A stretch of 32,538 bases of DNA from a bacterium (GCA_037446635.1 JBBIIG010000043.1:1-32538); one strand, 5' to 3'. Counted from the stretch's first letter, positions 16,291 to 26,912 are shown. Notes: generated from the letters alone by a model not told the origin. Made by a program: numbers and translations.

Positions 16291-19200
16291 ATGACTACCA
16301 TGCAGGAATTCAAACACTACGAAGCCGAACTCAGCGGCACCAATCTCATCGAGGCCAGTGCCGGCACCGGCAAGACCTACGCCATCTCCACGCTGTTCGT
16401 GAGACTGGTGTTAGAAAGCGAACTCACCGTCGATCAAATTTTGGTGGTGACTTATACCACCGCCGCTACCGCGGAACTGCGGCGGCGCATCCGCCAGAAG
16501 CTCGACCAGTTCCGGCAGGCGCTCGTGTTTTTAACGGAAACCGGGGACGCCGACGCGCTCAGTGAAAAATTAGTTGATTCCGAGCTCGCAGCCTACTTGC
16601 TGAAATTTAAATCCAACGCCGCGGCAGCGCTTCGCAAAATCGAAACCGCGATCGCGGAATTCGATAAAGTCGCCATCGATACCATTCACGGGTTTTGCCG
16701 CAAAGCGCTGCAGGATTACGCCTTTGAAGGTGGGCGGCTTTTCGATACCGAGCTGATTCAGGATCACTCGGACATCGTCTATGAAATCGTCGCCGATTTT
16801 CTGCGCCAGCATCTTTACACCTGCTCACCGGAATTCGTGGCGTTCGCGGTTGAGCATCTCGAACTCGAAGCGCTTTTTGAGTACGTCTTCAACAAGCTGC
16901 TTTACAGCAACCTGCGAATTTTACCGGAAGCCTCGCTTTCTCCAACCAATGAAGTCGAAGAAAACTACCGCCGGGCGCGCGCAGACTTCACCCGCGAGTG
17001 GCAACATTCCAACAAAGCAGCCGAGGCAGCCATCGCCGCCGTGGCATCTAAACTGCGGCAAACGCCGGAGCAGCTCCACGCGGACATCGATGCGTTTTGC
17101 CTGTCTGTGCAGGCAGGCCAGAGCCGCGAGGCGTTTCCGCAATGGCCGCCGGCGCTGACCAGCTTACTGGAAAAACTGCCGCGGCAAAAATGGCAGCCCG
17201 CGGCACTGTTTGATTCCGCGCAAAAACTTCAGCAGGCGTACGCTCAGCTCAAAAAAGATTTTGAGCAGCGGTTGGTGGCGTTGAAATCCAATCTTCTGGA
17301 ATTCGTTCGCACAGAGTTGGAGAGCCGCAAAGACGAACGCAACGTTTACTTTTTCGATGACCTGCTCATTCGGTTGAACGATGCGCTGCGCCAGCCGCAA
17401 AGTCAGCTCGCGGCGGCCCTGCGTGCCAAATATCGCGCGGCGCTCATCGACGAATTTCAGGACACCGACATGGAGCAGTACCTGATTTTCAAGCAGATCT
17501 TTTTCAATAGCACGACGATCGTTTTTCTCATTGGCGATCCCAAGCAGGCCATCTATCGTTTCCGCGGCGCCGACATTTTTTCTTACATCAAAGCCAAAAA
17601 AGACGCCAGCCGCGTTTACACTCTGCGCACTAATTACCGTTCGACCCCCGGCCTCGTCACCGCCATCAACATCCTGTTTGGCCGCGACATGACGCCGTTT
17701 CAGCCATTCGTGTATGACGACATCCCGTTTCTGCCGTCGCAGTCCGGCGAGAATCCGGAGCGCGACGAGCTGGTGATCACTGATGCGCCGTGTGCGCCGC
17801 TGCAAGTCTGGCTGCTGGATTCGTCGCGCCTCAACGAGGGTAAGCGCATCAGCGCCGGCAAAGCGCGCGATTGGATTTGCAGCGCCGCGGCCGCGGAAAT
17901 TGCTCGCCTGCTTCAACTCGGCAAAAACGGCGTCGCCCAATTAGGAAAAGAAAAATTGCGGGAAAGCGACATCGCCGTTTTGGTTCGCAGCAAGTTCGAG
18001 GGGGCGATGATGCAGCAGGCGCTGTTTCGGCTCGGCATCTACGCAGTGATGAACACCGCCGCCAGCGTCTTCGAATCGAAAGAAGCAAGCGAATTGCTGC
18101 GAATCCTCACTGCCGTCGCCAACCCCAAAGACGGCGGGCTGCTGAAGGCGGCGCTGGCCACCGACCTCATCGGCATGAACGCGCGCGAGATTCTCGAGCT
18201 GAGCATCGATGAAGGCAAATGGGAAAAAATTTACGACCGCTTCAACGAGTACCATCGCCTCTGGCGCGACGCCGGCTTCACCCGCATGTTTGCGCAGATG
18301 CTGCGCGACGAGCGCATCCCGCAGCACGTCATCGAGTACGAGGACGGCGAGCGCCGCATCACCAACTTGATGCACCTCGCCGAGCTGATCACGCAGGCCA
18401 TCAGCCAGAACAATCTCAGCATGACCAGTTTGCTGAAATGGTTTCAGAATCGCCAGAAGGTGCGCAACAAACGCATCGAGGAACACCAACTGCGGCTGGA
18501 AAGCGATGAAAACGCGGTGAAGATTCTGACGATGCACATCAGCAAAGGCTTGCAGTTTCCAGTGGTGTTCGCGACGTTTTCGTGGTACACTTACAGCGAG
18601 GATGATCGCGAAATTCTTTTTCACGACGACCAGCAGGCGTGGAAATTGACCCTCGATCTCGGCTCGCCGCAGGCGCAGGAAAATCAACTCAAGATGCAGA
18701 TGGAGCAGCTCGCCGAGGACGTGCGGCTGTTGTACGTCGCGCTGACCCGCGCTCGCAATCTGTGTTACTTTGCCTGGGGACGATTCAACTCGTTTGGTAG
18801 AACCCTGGCAAAACGTTCGGCGCCGGCGTATCTGCTGCACACGCCAAAAGTTGACCAGCCTTGCAATCCGGTTCCGCCCACCGAGGCGCACTATTTTGGC
18901 ATAACCGATCAAAAAATCCGCCGCACATTAGATGAGTTGGCCGCAAGTTCGGCGGGCGCCATTGCAGTCGCTGATTTGCCCACTGAGCCCGGGGAACAGG
19001 TGCAGCCGGAAGCGGTGGATGTTCAAAGTTTAACCTGCCGCTCCTTCTCCGCCAAAATCGACGCCAGCTTTCGCATCGCCAGCTACTCGTCGCTGATTGC
19101 CGGCGTGGCGCACGGCGAAGAGCTGCCGGATTATGATGAAGTCGATGAGCCAGCGCCGGAGGCGGAGGAGGAGATCGTCGAGCCGGCGGAGAACAGCTTC

Positions 19201-19944
19201 GTCAACTTTCCCCGCGGCACGCGCACGGGAACGTTCATTCACAGCATTCTCGAAGAAATGGATTTCACCGAAACCGACGAACGGATTTTGCAGGAATTGA
19301 TTGAGTCAAAAATGCAGCGGTTTGGATTTGAAAAGGAATGGCTGCCCGGGGTGAAGGATTTGCTGGCGGCGGTGCGGAGTGTTCCGTTGGGGGACATCCC
19401 CCCTGACCCCCCCTCAAGGGGGGGGACGAAAGGGTTCACGCTGTCGCAGGTTCCAAAATCTAAACGGTTGAATGAGCTGGAGTTTTATTTTCCGGTGGAA
19501 AGTTTGAACCCAAGCCAGTTGCGAAAAATTTACGGTGAGTTTGAAATGAGCTACCGCGGCCCGTTCACCAGCCGACTCGCGGAGGTGAGTTTTGCCCGGC
19601 TGACCGGTTTTATGAAAGGATTCATCGACATGGTGTTTGAACACGACGGCCGCTTTTACATCGTCGATTGGAAAAGTAATTACCTCGGCGATACCCCCGC
19701 GAGCTATCATGCCGACGCGCTGGTCTCCGCGATGGCCGACAGCCTCTACTTTTTACAATACGATTTGTACACGGTTGCGTTGGATCGGTTTCTCCGTCTG
19801 CGCTATCCGGGATATCGCTATGAAGAACACTTCGGCGGAGTTTATTATATTTTTCTACGGGGGCTGTCCGCCAGCGCGAACAGTGGAATTTATTTCGATC
19901 GCCCCGCGCCGGCGTTTATTGAAAGATTGAACGGATTAATGTAG
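16291..19944 (+). CDS. recB: Exodeoxyribonuclease V subunit beta
   Basis: IEASAGTGKT, TIHGFC, LIDEFQDTD, IGDPKQAIYRFRGAD, RLLYVALTRA; nuclease motif GFIDMVFEHDGRFYIVDWKSN and QYDLY. Confidence 0.97.
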   Translation: MTTMQEFKHYEAELSGTNLIEASAGTGKTYAISTLFVRLVLESELTVDQILVVTYTTAATAELRRRIRQKLDQFRQALVFLTETGDADALSEKLVDSELAAYLLKFKSNAAAALRKIETAIAEFDKVAIDTIHGFCRKALQDYAFEGGRLFDTELIQDHSDIVYEIVADFLRQHLYTCSPEFVAFAVEHLELEALFEYVFNKLLYSNLRILPEASLSPTNEVEENYRRARADFTREWQHSNKAAEAAIAAVASKLRQTPEQLHADIDAFCLSVQAGQSREAFPQWPPALTSLLEKLPRQKWQPAALFDSAQKLQQAYAQLKKDFEQRLVALKSNLLEFVRTELESRKDERNVYFFDDLLIRLNDALRQPQSQLAAALRAKYRAALIDEFQDTDMEQYLIFKQIFFNSTTIVFLIGDPKQAIYRFRGADIFSYIKAKKDASRVYTLRTNYRSTPGLVTAINILFGRDMTPFQPFVYDDIPFLPSQSGENPERDELVITDAPCAPLQVWLLDSSRLNEGKRISAGKARDWICSAAAAEIARLLQLGKNGVAQLGKEKLRESDIAVLVRSKFEGAMMQQALFRLGIYAVMNTAASVFESKEASELLRILTAVANPKDGGLLKAALATDLIGMNAREILELSIDEGKWEKIYDRFNEYHRLWRDAGFTRMFAQMLRDERIPQHVIEYEDGERRITNLMHLAELITQAISQNNLSMTSLLKWFQNRQKVRNKRIEEHQLRLESDENAVKILTMHISKGLQFPVVFATFSWYTYSEDDREILFHDDQQAWKLTLDLGSPQAQENQLKMQMEQLAEDVRLLYVALTRARNLCYFAWGRFNSFGRTLAKRSAPAYLLHTPKVDQPCNPVPPTEAHYFGITDQKIRRTLDELAASSAGAIAVADLPTEPGEQVQPEAVDVQSLTCRSFSAKIDASFRIASYSSLIAGVAHGEELPDYDEVDEPAPEAEEEIVEPAENSFVNFPRGTRTGTFIHSILEEMDFTETDERILQELIESKMQRFGFEKEWLPGVKDLLAAVRSVPLGDIPPDPPSRGGTKGFTLSQVPKSKRLNELEFYFPVESLNPSQLRKIYGEFEMSYRGPFTSRLAEVSFARLTGFMKGFIDMVFEHDGRFYIVDWKSNYLGDTPASYHADALVSAMADSLYFLQYDLYTVALDRFLRLRYPGYRYEEHFGGVYYIFLRGLSASANSGIYFDRPAPAFIERLNGLM

Positions 19945-19964
19945 GTCCGACCTACATTAAAAAC

Positions 19965-21902
19965 ATGAGCATCGAAGAAATCAACAATCTCATCAAACAC
20001 AGCGAAGCCTTCACCGAGCTGGATCGCCGCTTCGCCGATTTGATGCTCGCTCAGGCCGGCAGTGATTCGGCGGAGCTGTGGTTTGCCGCGGCGCTGGCGA
20101 GTCAGCAGACGCGGCAGAAACACATCTGCGTCGATCTCTCCCGGCTCGGCGAACCCGATTTCGCGTTTGAGATTTTTTCGGATAGCCTTCCCGGACGCAG
20201 CGGCGAATCCGCTTCGCGGACGCAGACCCGCCTGCCTGAGGCCTCTGGGCTGCCTGTGCAGACAGGCGGGCAGGCAGGCGAGCCGCTTCCCGGAGAAGAA
20301 ATCACCACCCTGCTGCCGGCGCCGCAAATCATCATCGAAGCGCTGCGGCGCTCGAAAGTCGTTGGCCGCCCGGGCGAAGTTCATCCGTTGATTCTCGATA
20401 ACAGCAACCGACTTTATTTGTATCGCTACTGGCAGTACGAGCAGCGTCTCGCCAAAGCAATTTTAGAGCGCGCGCGAGCCCTTGATCCGATGGAGGCATC
20501 AAAAATTTCGGCAGCGCTGACCCGTTATTTTGATCCACCAAACTCAGAAGTTGATTGGCAGCAGGTGGCCGCGGTGGCGGCGCTCAGCAAACGCTTCTGC
20601 GTCATTTCCGGCGGACCGGGCACCGGCAAAACCCGCACCATCGGCATTATTCTCACCATGCTCGTCGAGCAAGCCGAGGGCAGCCCGCCGGTGATCAAAC
20701 TCGCTGCACCCACCGGCAAGGCGGCAGTGCGGCTGCAGGAATCCATCAAAAAATTGAAGCAGGAGAAAAAATTACCCGCAGCGATCCAGCAGTTGATTCC
20801 CGAAGAAGCTTCGACGCTGCACCGGCTGTTGGGCTACAAACGCCACTCGCCCTATTTCCGTCACGACACCAGCAACCCGCTCGACGTGGACGTCGTGGTG
20901 GTGGATGAGGCCTCGATGGTGGCGCAGCCGTTGATGGCCAAGCTCATGCAGGCGCTGCCGGAAGGCGCGCGACTGATCCTGCTTGGCGATCACTCGCAGC
21001 TTGCTTCGGTGGAGGCCGGCTCGGCGCTGGCCGACATCTGTGAAGCGGCCGACGGCGTGTTCTCAAATGAAATGAAGCGTCGAATAAAATCGGCCACTGG
21101 GTTTGAAATCAAAACACAGTCGCCAGCCGCTGCCCAATCGCCCATTGGTGACTGTGTCGTTGAGTTGAAGAAAAATTATCGTTTTGAAGGCAAGGGCATT
21201 TTGGAATTGAGCCGGGCCGTGAATGCGGGCGAGTCGGAAAGAGCAGTGGAGGTTTTGAAAAATGGCGGATACGAAGACCTGCAATGGCGCGCCCTCAACA
21301 TGAAAGAATTGCAGCGAACGATTGTCAACTGGATTTCCGAATATCCGGCGAGTCAGCAGCCCGCGGAGGTCTTCGCACAATTCGACCAGTTCCGCATCCT
21401 CTGTGCGCTGCGGCACGGGCCGCAGGGCGTCCGCGAAATCAATGCGTTGGTAGATCAATTCGTCCGGCAGAAACGCAATATCAGCCGACATGACGAGTGG
21501 TACATCGGCCAGCCGCTGCTTATCACCCGCAACGATTACACCATCGAATTGTTCAACGGCGATGTCGGCATCATTCTCCCCGATCCGGACGCCGGCGGCG
21601 AGCTGCGCGCCTTTTTCCCCAAACCCGACGGCGACTACCGCAAAATCCGCCCGTTCCGTCTCCCCGAACACGAGCTCGCTTACGCCATGACCGTTCACAA
21701 AAGCCAGGGCTCGGAATTCAGCAACGTGCTGCTCCTGCTGCCGGAGCAGGACTCGCCCATTCTCACCCGCGAACTGATTTACACCGGCATCACCCGCGCA
21801 ACCACGAGTGTGGAAATCTGGGGAAATGAAGAAGTGTTTCGGCTGGCGGTGTCGCGAAGGATCAGGCGGACGTCGGGGCTGCGGGAGGCGCTGGGGAGAT
21901 AG
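19965..21902 (+). CDS. recD: Exodeoxyribonuclease V subunit alpha
   Basis: RLYLYRYWQYE, ISGGPGTGKT, AAPTGKAAVRL, TLHRLLG, VVDEASMV, LGDHSQLASVEAG, AYAMTVHKSQGSEF, RELIYTGITRA. Confidence 0.97.
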   Translation: MSIEEINNLIKHSEAFTELDRRFADLMLAQAGSDSAELWFAAALASQQTRQKHICVDLSRLGEPDFAFEIFSDSLPGRSGESASRTQTRLPEASGLPVQTGGQAGEPLPGEEITTLLPAPQIIIEALRRSKVVGRPGEVHPLILDNSNRLYLYRYWQYEQRLAKAILERARALDPMEASKISAALTRYFDPPNSEVDWQQVAAVAALSKRFCVISGGPGTGKTRTIGIILTMLVEQAEGSPPVIKLAAPTGKAAVRLQESIKKLKQEKKLPAAIQQLIPEEASTLHRLLGYKRHSPYFRHDTSNPLDVDVVVVDEASMVAQPLMAKLMQALPEGARLILLGDHSQLASVEAGSALADICEAADGVFSNEMKRRIKSATGFEIKTQSPAAAQSPIGDCVVELKKNYRFEGKGILELSRAVNAGESERAVEVLKNGGYEDLQWRALNMKELQRTIVNWISEYPASQQPAEVFAQFDQFRILCALRHGPQGVREINALVDQFVRQKRNISRHDEWYIGQPLLITRNDYTIELFNGDVGIILPDPDAGGELRAFFPKPDGDYRKIRPFRLPEHELAYAMTVHKSQGSEFSNVLLLLPEQDSPILTRELIYTGITRATTSVEIWGNEEVFRLAVSRRIRRTSGLREALGR

Positions 21903-21986
21903 CTCAGCCGTCAGCTATCAGCCGTCAGCTTTGGACGCAATAATTGAGGATGCTTTGCGTTTTAGATTCAATTGGAGGGGGGTGAA

Positions 21987-22114
21987 ATGCCAAAACTTTT
22001 CGAGTATTTTGGCCTGATTATTTTTTTTATTCGAATGAGCATGAGCCGATACATGTGCACGGAAAATTTCAAAATCAAGAAAGCCTATTTGAGGGGCGAC
22101 AAAAAAGGCTTTGA
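21987..22114 (+). pseudogene. Frameshifted, truncated DUF4160-type small toxin-antitoxin gene
   Basis: GGAGG SD then MPKLFEYFGLIIFF. Adding one T to the T8 run (22021-22028) continues YSNEHEPIHVHGKFQNQES, the DUF4160-type HEPxHVH motif; stop at 22112-22114. Confidence 0.8.
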
Positions 22115-22134
22115 CCAAATTGGCCAAAGCCTTT
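22101..22134 (-). terminator. Intrinsic terminator of the OM beta-barrel gene (possibly bidirectional)
   Basis: aaaggctttgaccaa-a-ttggccaaagccttt (one mismatch), with an A-run on the + strand that reads as a U-tract on the minus strand. Confidence 0.75.
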
Positions 22135-22160
22135 GTAATTACAAGACAATTTACTTCGTT

Positions 22161-22676
22161 TTATTTGCCCAGCAGAAAAGTGATACCGCCGGTGATCTTC
22201 AAGGCATTCGAGTCGCTGATGATGTACTTGGCTTTGGCCGTGGCCACGAGGTTGTCCGAAACCGGGATGTCAATTCCGCCCAGCAGGTTCAGGCCAAAGT
22301 CGGTTTCGCTTGCATCTCCGAGTGGACCCAGGTCAACACTAGTAAAATGGATTGCCACGCCGCCGCCTACAAAGGGATCGATGGTTCCCTGGCTTGGGAA
22401 ATAGTAGCGCGCGTCGGCGTTAATTGAAGTGAAAGTTACATCGACGCCAGACTCCCCTTTTTTGAAGTACTCGAAGCTGGGATAGAGCACGAGGTTTTGA
22501 ATGATTTCGCCAAGATTAGCGTGGGCGCCAAACCCGATGCCGCCATCCACGTCTTCAACTTTCACGTAGCTCAGTCGGCCGCCGATGCCATTAAAGCCAA
22601 GGTTCTGCGCCATCGCTGAACTCACCGCAAAACTGACAATCAACATAACCAACACCGCTAACATAATCCTTCTCAT
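22161..22676 (-). CDS. Outer-membrane beta-barrel protein (OmpW/OmpA-barrel-like)
   Basis: Signal peptide ending AMA-Q; amphipathic strands INADARYYF, DPFVGGGVAIH, FGLNLLGGIDI, KITGGITF. Confidence 0.88.
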   Translation of the reverse strand: MRRIMLAVLVMLIVSFAVSSAMAQNLGFNGIGGRLSYVKVEDVDGGIGFGAHANLGEIIQNLVLYPSFEYFKKGESGVDVTFTSINADARYYFPSQGTIDPFVGGGVAIHFTSVDLGPLGDASETDFGLNLLGGIDIPVSDNLVATAKAKYIISDSNALKITGGITFLLGK

Positions 22677-22799
22677 TTAGAGCCTCCTAAGGGTTAAATT
22701 CAAACAGCAATTCTTAAATTGTTAGAACACCTCCCTGAAAGTGATCTCCACAGTTGATGTTCCCCGTTGCTTCACCTCCTTCTGATGTTTAGCGTGAAG

Positions 22800-23120
22800 T
22801 TATTCCGATTTCTTGCTGAGCTTTTCCACCTCTTTCGAGAGCTTGTCGATCTTCTGGTGCAGCTTCTTGAATTCCTCGTCATACGACGGCCGGATTTTTG
22901 ACATCGCCTGGCTGACTTGTTTGTCAATCGTCTTTTTAAGAAAGGTCACCTCCTCGTCCACTTTTTCCATCATCGCTTTGATGAACTTCGAGCCTTCGTC
23001 TTTGGAAAGCTCGCCGCGCTTCACCAGCTCCGCCACGATTTCCTGGGCTTTGTCTTTGGTCAACGAAAACACCCCCAAGCCCGCCAGCACGGTTTTCTTT
23101 AAAATGCCATTGCTAGCCAT
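22800..23120 (-). CDS. Phasin-like (PhaF/PhaI-type) coiled-coil protein
   Basis: ILKKTVLAGLGVFSLTKDKAQEIVAELVKRGELSKDEG signature; C-terminal heptad zipper. Confidence 0.8.
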   Translation of the reverse strand: MASNGILKKTVLAGLGVFSLTKDKAQEIVAELVKRGELSKDEGSKFIKAMMEKVDEEVTFLKKTIDKQVSQAMSKIRPSYDEEFKKLHQKIDKLSKEVEKLSKKSE

Positions 23121-23123
23121 AAC

Positions 23124-24956
23124 TCACCTCGAAATTTCTTGTTTAACGATTCTGCCATTTAAAAATTGCAGGAAGTTGACTTCTTTATTGACGCGATGGT
23201 TCCCTTTGAAAGAAATTTTTCCTTTGACGCCCTCATAGGCCGACAGCTCGTTCAACGCCGCGCTGATCTGCTGGCTCGATTTTGCGCCGCTTTTGACGAT
23301 TTCACTGAGCAGATTGAAGGCGTCGTAGCCGAACGCTTCCCAGCGTTCCGGCGTGCGTTTCATCTGCAAACGAAACTCGGTGCGGAAATCGCGGAACTTC
23401 GAGTTTTGCTCGTCCGGAAAATAGTCGCTTACAAACACCACGCCGTTCACGTAGCGCTGCACTTGCGGCGCTTGCAGAGCCTCGAGATTATCCCAGTACT
23501 CGCCGCCCAAAATTTGCGCGCGGATGTTGTTCAAAGCGAACTGCGGCGCCACATATTTGATGTGATCCGCATAAATTGGAAAAAAGATGCCGTCGATGGA
23601 TTGCACCGGGATGTCGCGCTCGTCGAGGTCTTGCCCCTTTTCATCTGCTGTTTTGATCAGGCTCAACACGTCGGTGGAGTCGAGAGCAAACGCCGCCTCG
23701 CGGATGGCCTTGAATTGCCGGCTGAGATCCTCGGGGTTGCCGTAATACCATCCCTGCGCGATGATGCGGCCGCCAAGCTGGTCGATTTTGGAGGTGAAGC
23801 TGTTGGTCATTTGCTGGCCGTATTCATCGGCGGGCGCCAGGGTGGCAAAAGTGCGCAGGCCCAAAATTTCGAACGCGTACTGGGCCAACGCTTCGCCCTT
23901 TCTTTCGAGGTTGCTGTTGAGTTGGAAAACGGCTGCGCCCACCGCGGCCACGTCATTTTCGCTGGCGGCTGGCGCCAGCAGCGGCGCCCCCGCTTGGGAG
24001 GCCAGGGCGCCGATGCCGGCGGTGATCTCGCTCTCCAACTCGCCGATTACCGCGTTTACTTTTTCAACTTCTAACAAGCGCCTGAGTTCTTGGATGGCTT
24101 TGATCATGCTGCTTCTCGAATCGCCCACCACCAAATGAATGGAGGCCGAGTTGCTGCGCTGCCTGGCAAATTTAATTCCGCGCAAAATGGCCTGCCCCTC
24201 TTCGGCATAAAAACCGGTCAACGGCAAAATCACCCCCACTTTAACGGAGCGCGCGAGGGACGACTGAATATCCTTCTGTAATTGCTCGAAGGCGGACTGA
24301 TATTTTTTGGAGTCATGCTTGCGCTTAAAATCTTTCAGCAGCGCCTCGGCTTTTTCGGGAGCGCCGTCGGCAATTTCTTTGCGCGCCAATTCGATGATGG
24401 TCGTGGCGGCGGAATGTTCGCCGTTGGCTGCCGCCAGCAGGTCGCGGGTTTCGGCAAGCGACAATTTCGCGCGAATGATTTTAGCGGCCAGCGCGGCGCT
24501 TTGTGCCGCTAATGCCGGTTGCTGGCTCCAGTCCGCAATCCACAAAAAATCTTTCGCCGCGTTGAAAAACTGCTGCAGTTGATAATAAGCGCGGGCGCGG
24601 GCGAAGTAGGCGTCGTCCACGTAACTGCTTTGGGGGAAGGTCGTGATGAGTTTATCGTAATAAGGAAGGGCGTCGTTGAAGCGATTGAGCTGGTACAAAC
24701 ATTTGCCGCTCATCAGCAGCGCAGCGGTGGTGCGCTGATGCAAATCTCTGCTGGCGGCCAGATCGTAAAAGAGCTTTAGTGCGGAGGCGTATTCTCCCGC
24801 TTTATAAAGAATCAACGCTTTTTTAAAATCGTTATCGCGCTCGGGAATGACTTTGACGCGCGTCCAGTCTTGTGTGAAAGCAGAAATCGGCCCGACTAAA
24901 ATCACGCCGCCAAAAACAATAAGCAAGAGAACGCGGATTGAAACTTTACAAGGCAT
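23124..24956 (-). CDS. TPR (BamD-like) plus periplasmic-binding-protein type 1 domain protein; LpoA-like PBP activator
   Basis: N-terminal TPRs (LITTFPQSSYVDDAYF), then KVGVILPLTG, DEYGQQMTNSF...LGGRII, QILGGEYW, EAFGYDAF, YEGVKGKISF. Confidence 0.85.
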   Translation of the reverse strand: MPCKVSIRVLLLIVFGGVILVGPISAFTQDWTRVKVIPERDNDFKKALILYKAGEYASALKLFYDLAASRDLHQRTTAALLMSGKCLYQLNRFNDALPYYDKLITTFPQSSYVDDAYFARARAYYQLQQFFNAAKDFLWIADWSQQPALAAQSAALAAKIIRAKLSLAETRDLLAAANGEHSAATTIIELARKEIADGAPEKAEALLKDFKRKHDSKKYQSAFEQLQKDIQSSLARSVKVGVILPLTGFYAEEGQAILRGIKFARQRSNSASIHLVVGDSRSSMIKAIQELRRLLEVEKVNAVIGELESEITAGIGALASQAGAPLLAPAASENDVAAVGAAVFQLNSNLERKGEALAQYAFEILGLRTFATLAPADEYGQQMTNSFTSKIDQLGGRIIAQGWYYGNPEDLSRQFKAIREAAFALDSTDVLSLIKTADEKGQDLDERDIPVQSIDGIFFPIYADHIKYVAPQFALNNIRAQILGGEYWDNLEALQAPQVQRYVNGVVFVSDYFPDEQNSKFRDFRTEFRLQMKRTPERWEAFGYDAFNLLSEIVKSGAKSSQQISAALNELSAYEGVKGKISFKGNHRVNKEVNFLQFLNGRIVKQEISR

Positions 24957-24966
24957 GATTGGAAGG

Positions 24967-26799
<1,833 letters not shown>

Positions 26800-26883
26800 G
26801 TGAATCTCTCCGTAGATATGAGTTTAAGTTTGTTGCAGTTTAATTGAGCAGCGCCAGCCATTCGTGGCTAAATAAAACGACCA

Positions 26884-26912
26884 ATAATATGAAGATTATC
26901 CCTAAAGATCAA
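26884..26912 (-). promoter_or_regulatory. Candidate glmS promoter
   Basis: Minus strand TTGATC-N17-TATTAT. Confidence 0.5.

Noticed and set aside
18791..18816. Possible further palindromic insertion in recB (cgtttggtag-aacc-ctggcaaaacg)
   Set aside because: The stem needs a gap and mismatches; too weak to call without an alignment.
20187..20294. recD insertion as an intein or self-splicing intron
   Set aside because: Only 33 codons, with no intein terminal motifs (Cys/Ser start with His-Asn end) and no group I/II intron core.
21972..22427. 151-aa ORF after recD
   Set aside because: It is a chimera of the frameshifted DUF4160 start and the antisense strand of the OM beta-barrel gene.
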